Below, piece after piece: positions 63,068 to 64,000 of a DNA stretch of 64,000 nucleotides. Source of the stretch: Planctomycetota bacterium (GTDB lineage: Bacteria; Planctomycetota; UBA1135; UBA2386); NCBI GenBank assembly GCA_965228735.1, contig OZ245838.1:6496001-6560000 (forward strand), read 5' to 3'. The position numbers and the translations under genes were made by a program. The notes beneath the pieces were generated by a model, which searched no databases, was not told the origin of the DNA, and worked only from the letters and a program-made list of their open reading frames with translations. The stretch's first letter is position 1, and each line of letters begins with the position of its first letter.

Positions 63068-64000
63068 ATGGATCGACTGCGCACGTTCGGGATCGTCGCG
63101 CACATCGATGCGGGCAAGACGACGCTGACCGAGCGCATCCTGCACGATGCGGGTGAGCAGAGCCACGTCGGCAGCGTCGACGACGGCACGTCCGCGATGG
63201 ACTGGATGCCGGCCGAGCGCAGCCGCGGCATCTCGATCACGGCGGCCGCGACGCGCGTGAACTGGAGCGGCTGCACGCTGCAGGTCGTTGACACGCCGGG
63301 TCACGTGGACTTCGTCGCCGAGGTCGAGCGCTGTCTGCACGTGCTCGACGGCGTCGTCGTCATCGTCGACGGTGTGCGCGGCGTGCAGTCACAGACGGAG
63401 ACCGTCTGGCGTCAGGCCGAGAACCGCCGGTTGCCGCGCATCGCGTTCGTGAACAAGCTCGACCGGGTCGGCGCGTCGTTCGAGCAGGCGATGACGCACC
63501 TGCGCGAGAAGTTCGACTGCCGCCCGGCTGCCGTCGTCGTGCCGCTGCGGGACGGTGACGGCGAGTTCGCCGGGCTCGGCCACGCCGTCACGGGCGCCGT
63601 GCAGTGGTTCGAGGGCGCGCCGGATCCGGCGATCGTTCCCGGCCTCAAGGCCCAGCTCGTGGCGGCGAACGACAAGCTCGTCGAGATCGCCGCGGACCTC
63701 GACGGGGCGGTGATGGACGACGTCGTGGCCGGCCGCACCGTGCCGCCCGATCGCCTCGTCGCGGTGCTGCGACGCGGCGCGATCCGGCGCGCGTTCACGC
63801 CCGTGCTCGCGGGCGCGGCGCTGTGGAACCGCGGCGTCGACTGGCTGCTCGATGCGATCGTCGACCTGCTGCCGTCGCACGGCGACGTCGAGCGCACGGG
63901 CATCTGGGGCGCCGAGCGCGCGGGTGATCCGACGGCGCCGGCGTGCGGCCTCGTCTTCAAGGTGCAGCACGACGAGGCGATCTGGAACTTCGTTCGCCTC
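63068..64000 (+). CDS. Elongation factor G-like GTPase, N-terminal part (3' truncated)
   Basis: AHIDAGKTTLTERIL, RGISIT, DTPGHVDF, NKLD; not in the ORF track because the stop lies outside the window. Confidence 0.92.
   Translation, partial: MDRLRTFGIVAHIDAGKTTLTERILHDAGEQSHVGSVDDGTSAMDWMPAERSRGISITAAATRVNWSGCTLQVVDTPGHVDFVAEVERCLHVLDGVVVIVDGVRGVQSQTETVWRQAENRRLPRIAFVNKLDRVGASFEQAMTHLREKFDCRPAAVVVPLRDGDGEFAGLGHAVTGAVQWFEGAPDPAIVPGLKAQLVAANDKLVEIAADLDGAVMDDVVAGRTVPPDRLVAVLRRGAIRRAFTPVLAGAALWNRGVDWLLDAIVDLLPSHGDVERTGIWGAERAGDPTAPACGLVFKVQHDEAIWNFVRL

Overview
High-GC bacterial chromosomal window. Gene content and protein styles suggest Planctomycetota (inference). In order it holds: a MoxR-DUF58-Bat/VWA operon; several hypothetical and lipoprotein genes; a dcw cluster (mraZ-rsmH-ftsL-ftsI-murE-murF-mraY-ftsW-LysM-murG-murC-murB, with no murD, ddl or ftsQAZ here); hpf-ptsN-HPr; a peptide-ligase/transglutaminase block (DUF2126-transglutaminase, tandem glutaminase, Ntn-amidohydrolase-transglutaminase fusion, alpha-E, circularly permuted ATP-grasp); pilMNO-secretin; RNase E/G; a UGA-recoded (selenocysteine) TlpA-like redoxin; secreted proteins; and rplU-rpmA-obgE-pilT-fusA-like. 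The most unusual structure is a family of four ~100-120 nt intergenic fold-back elements with a shared outer motif (GTACSGAACCYG) and largely unrelated but self-complementary interiors. One of them is split exactly by a group II intron whose EBS1/EBS2 pair with that motif. The intron in turn carries an IS3-family element inserted just before its RT stop codon.
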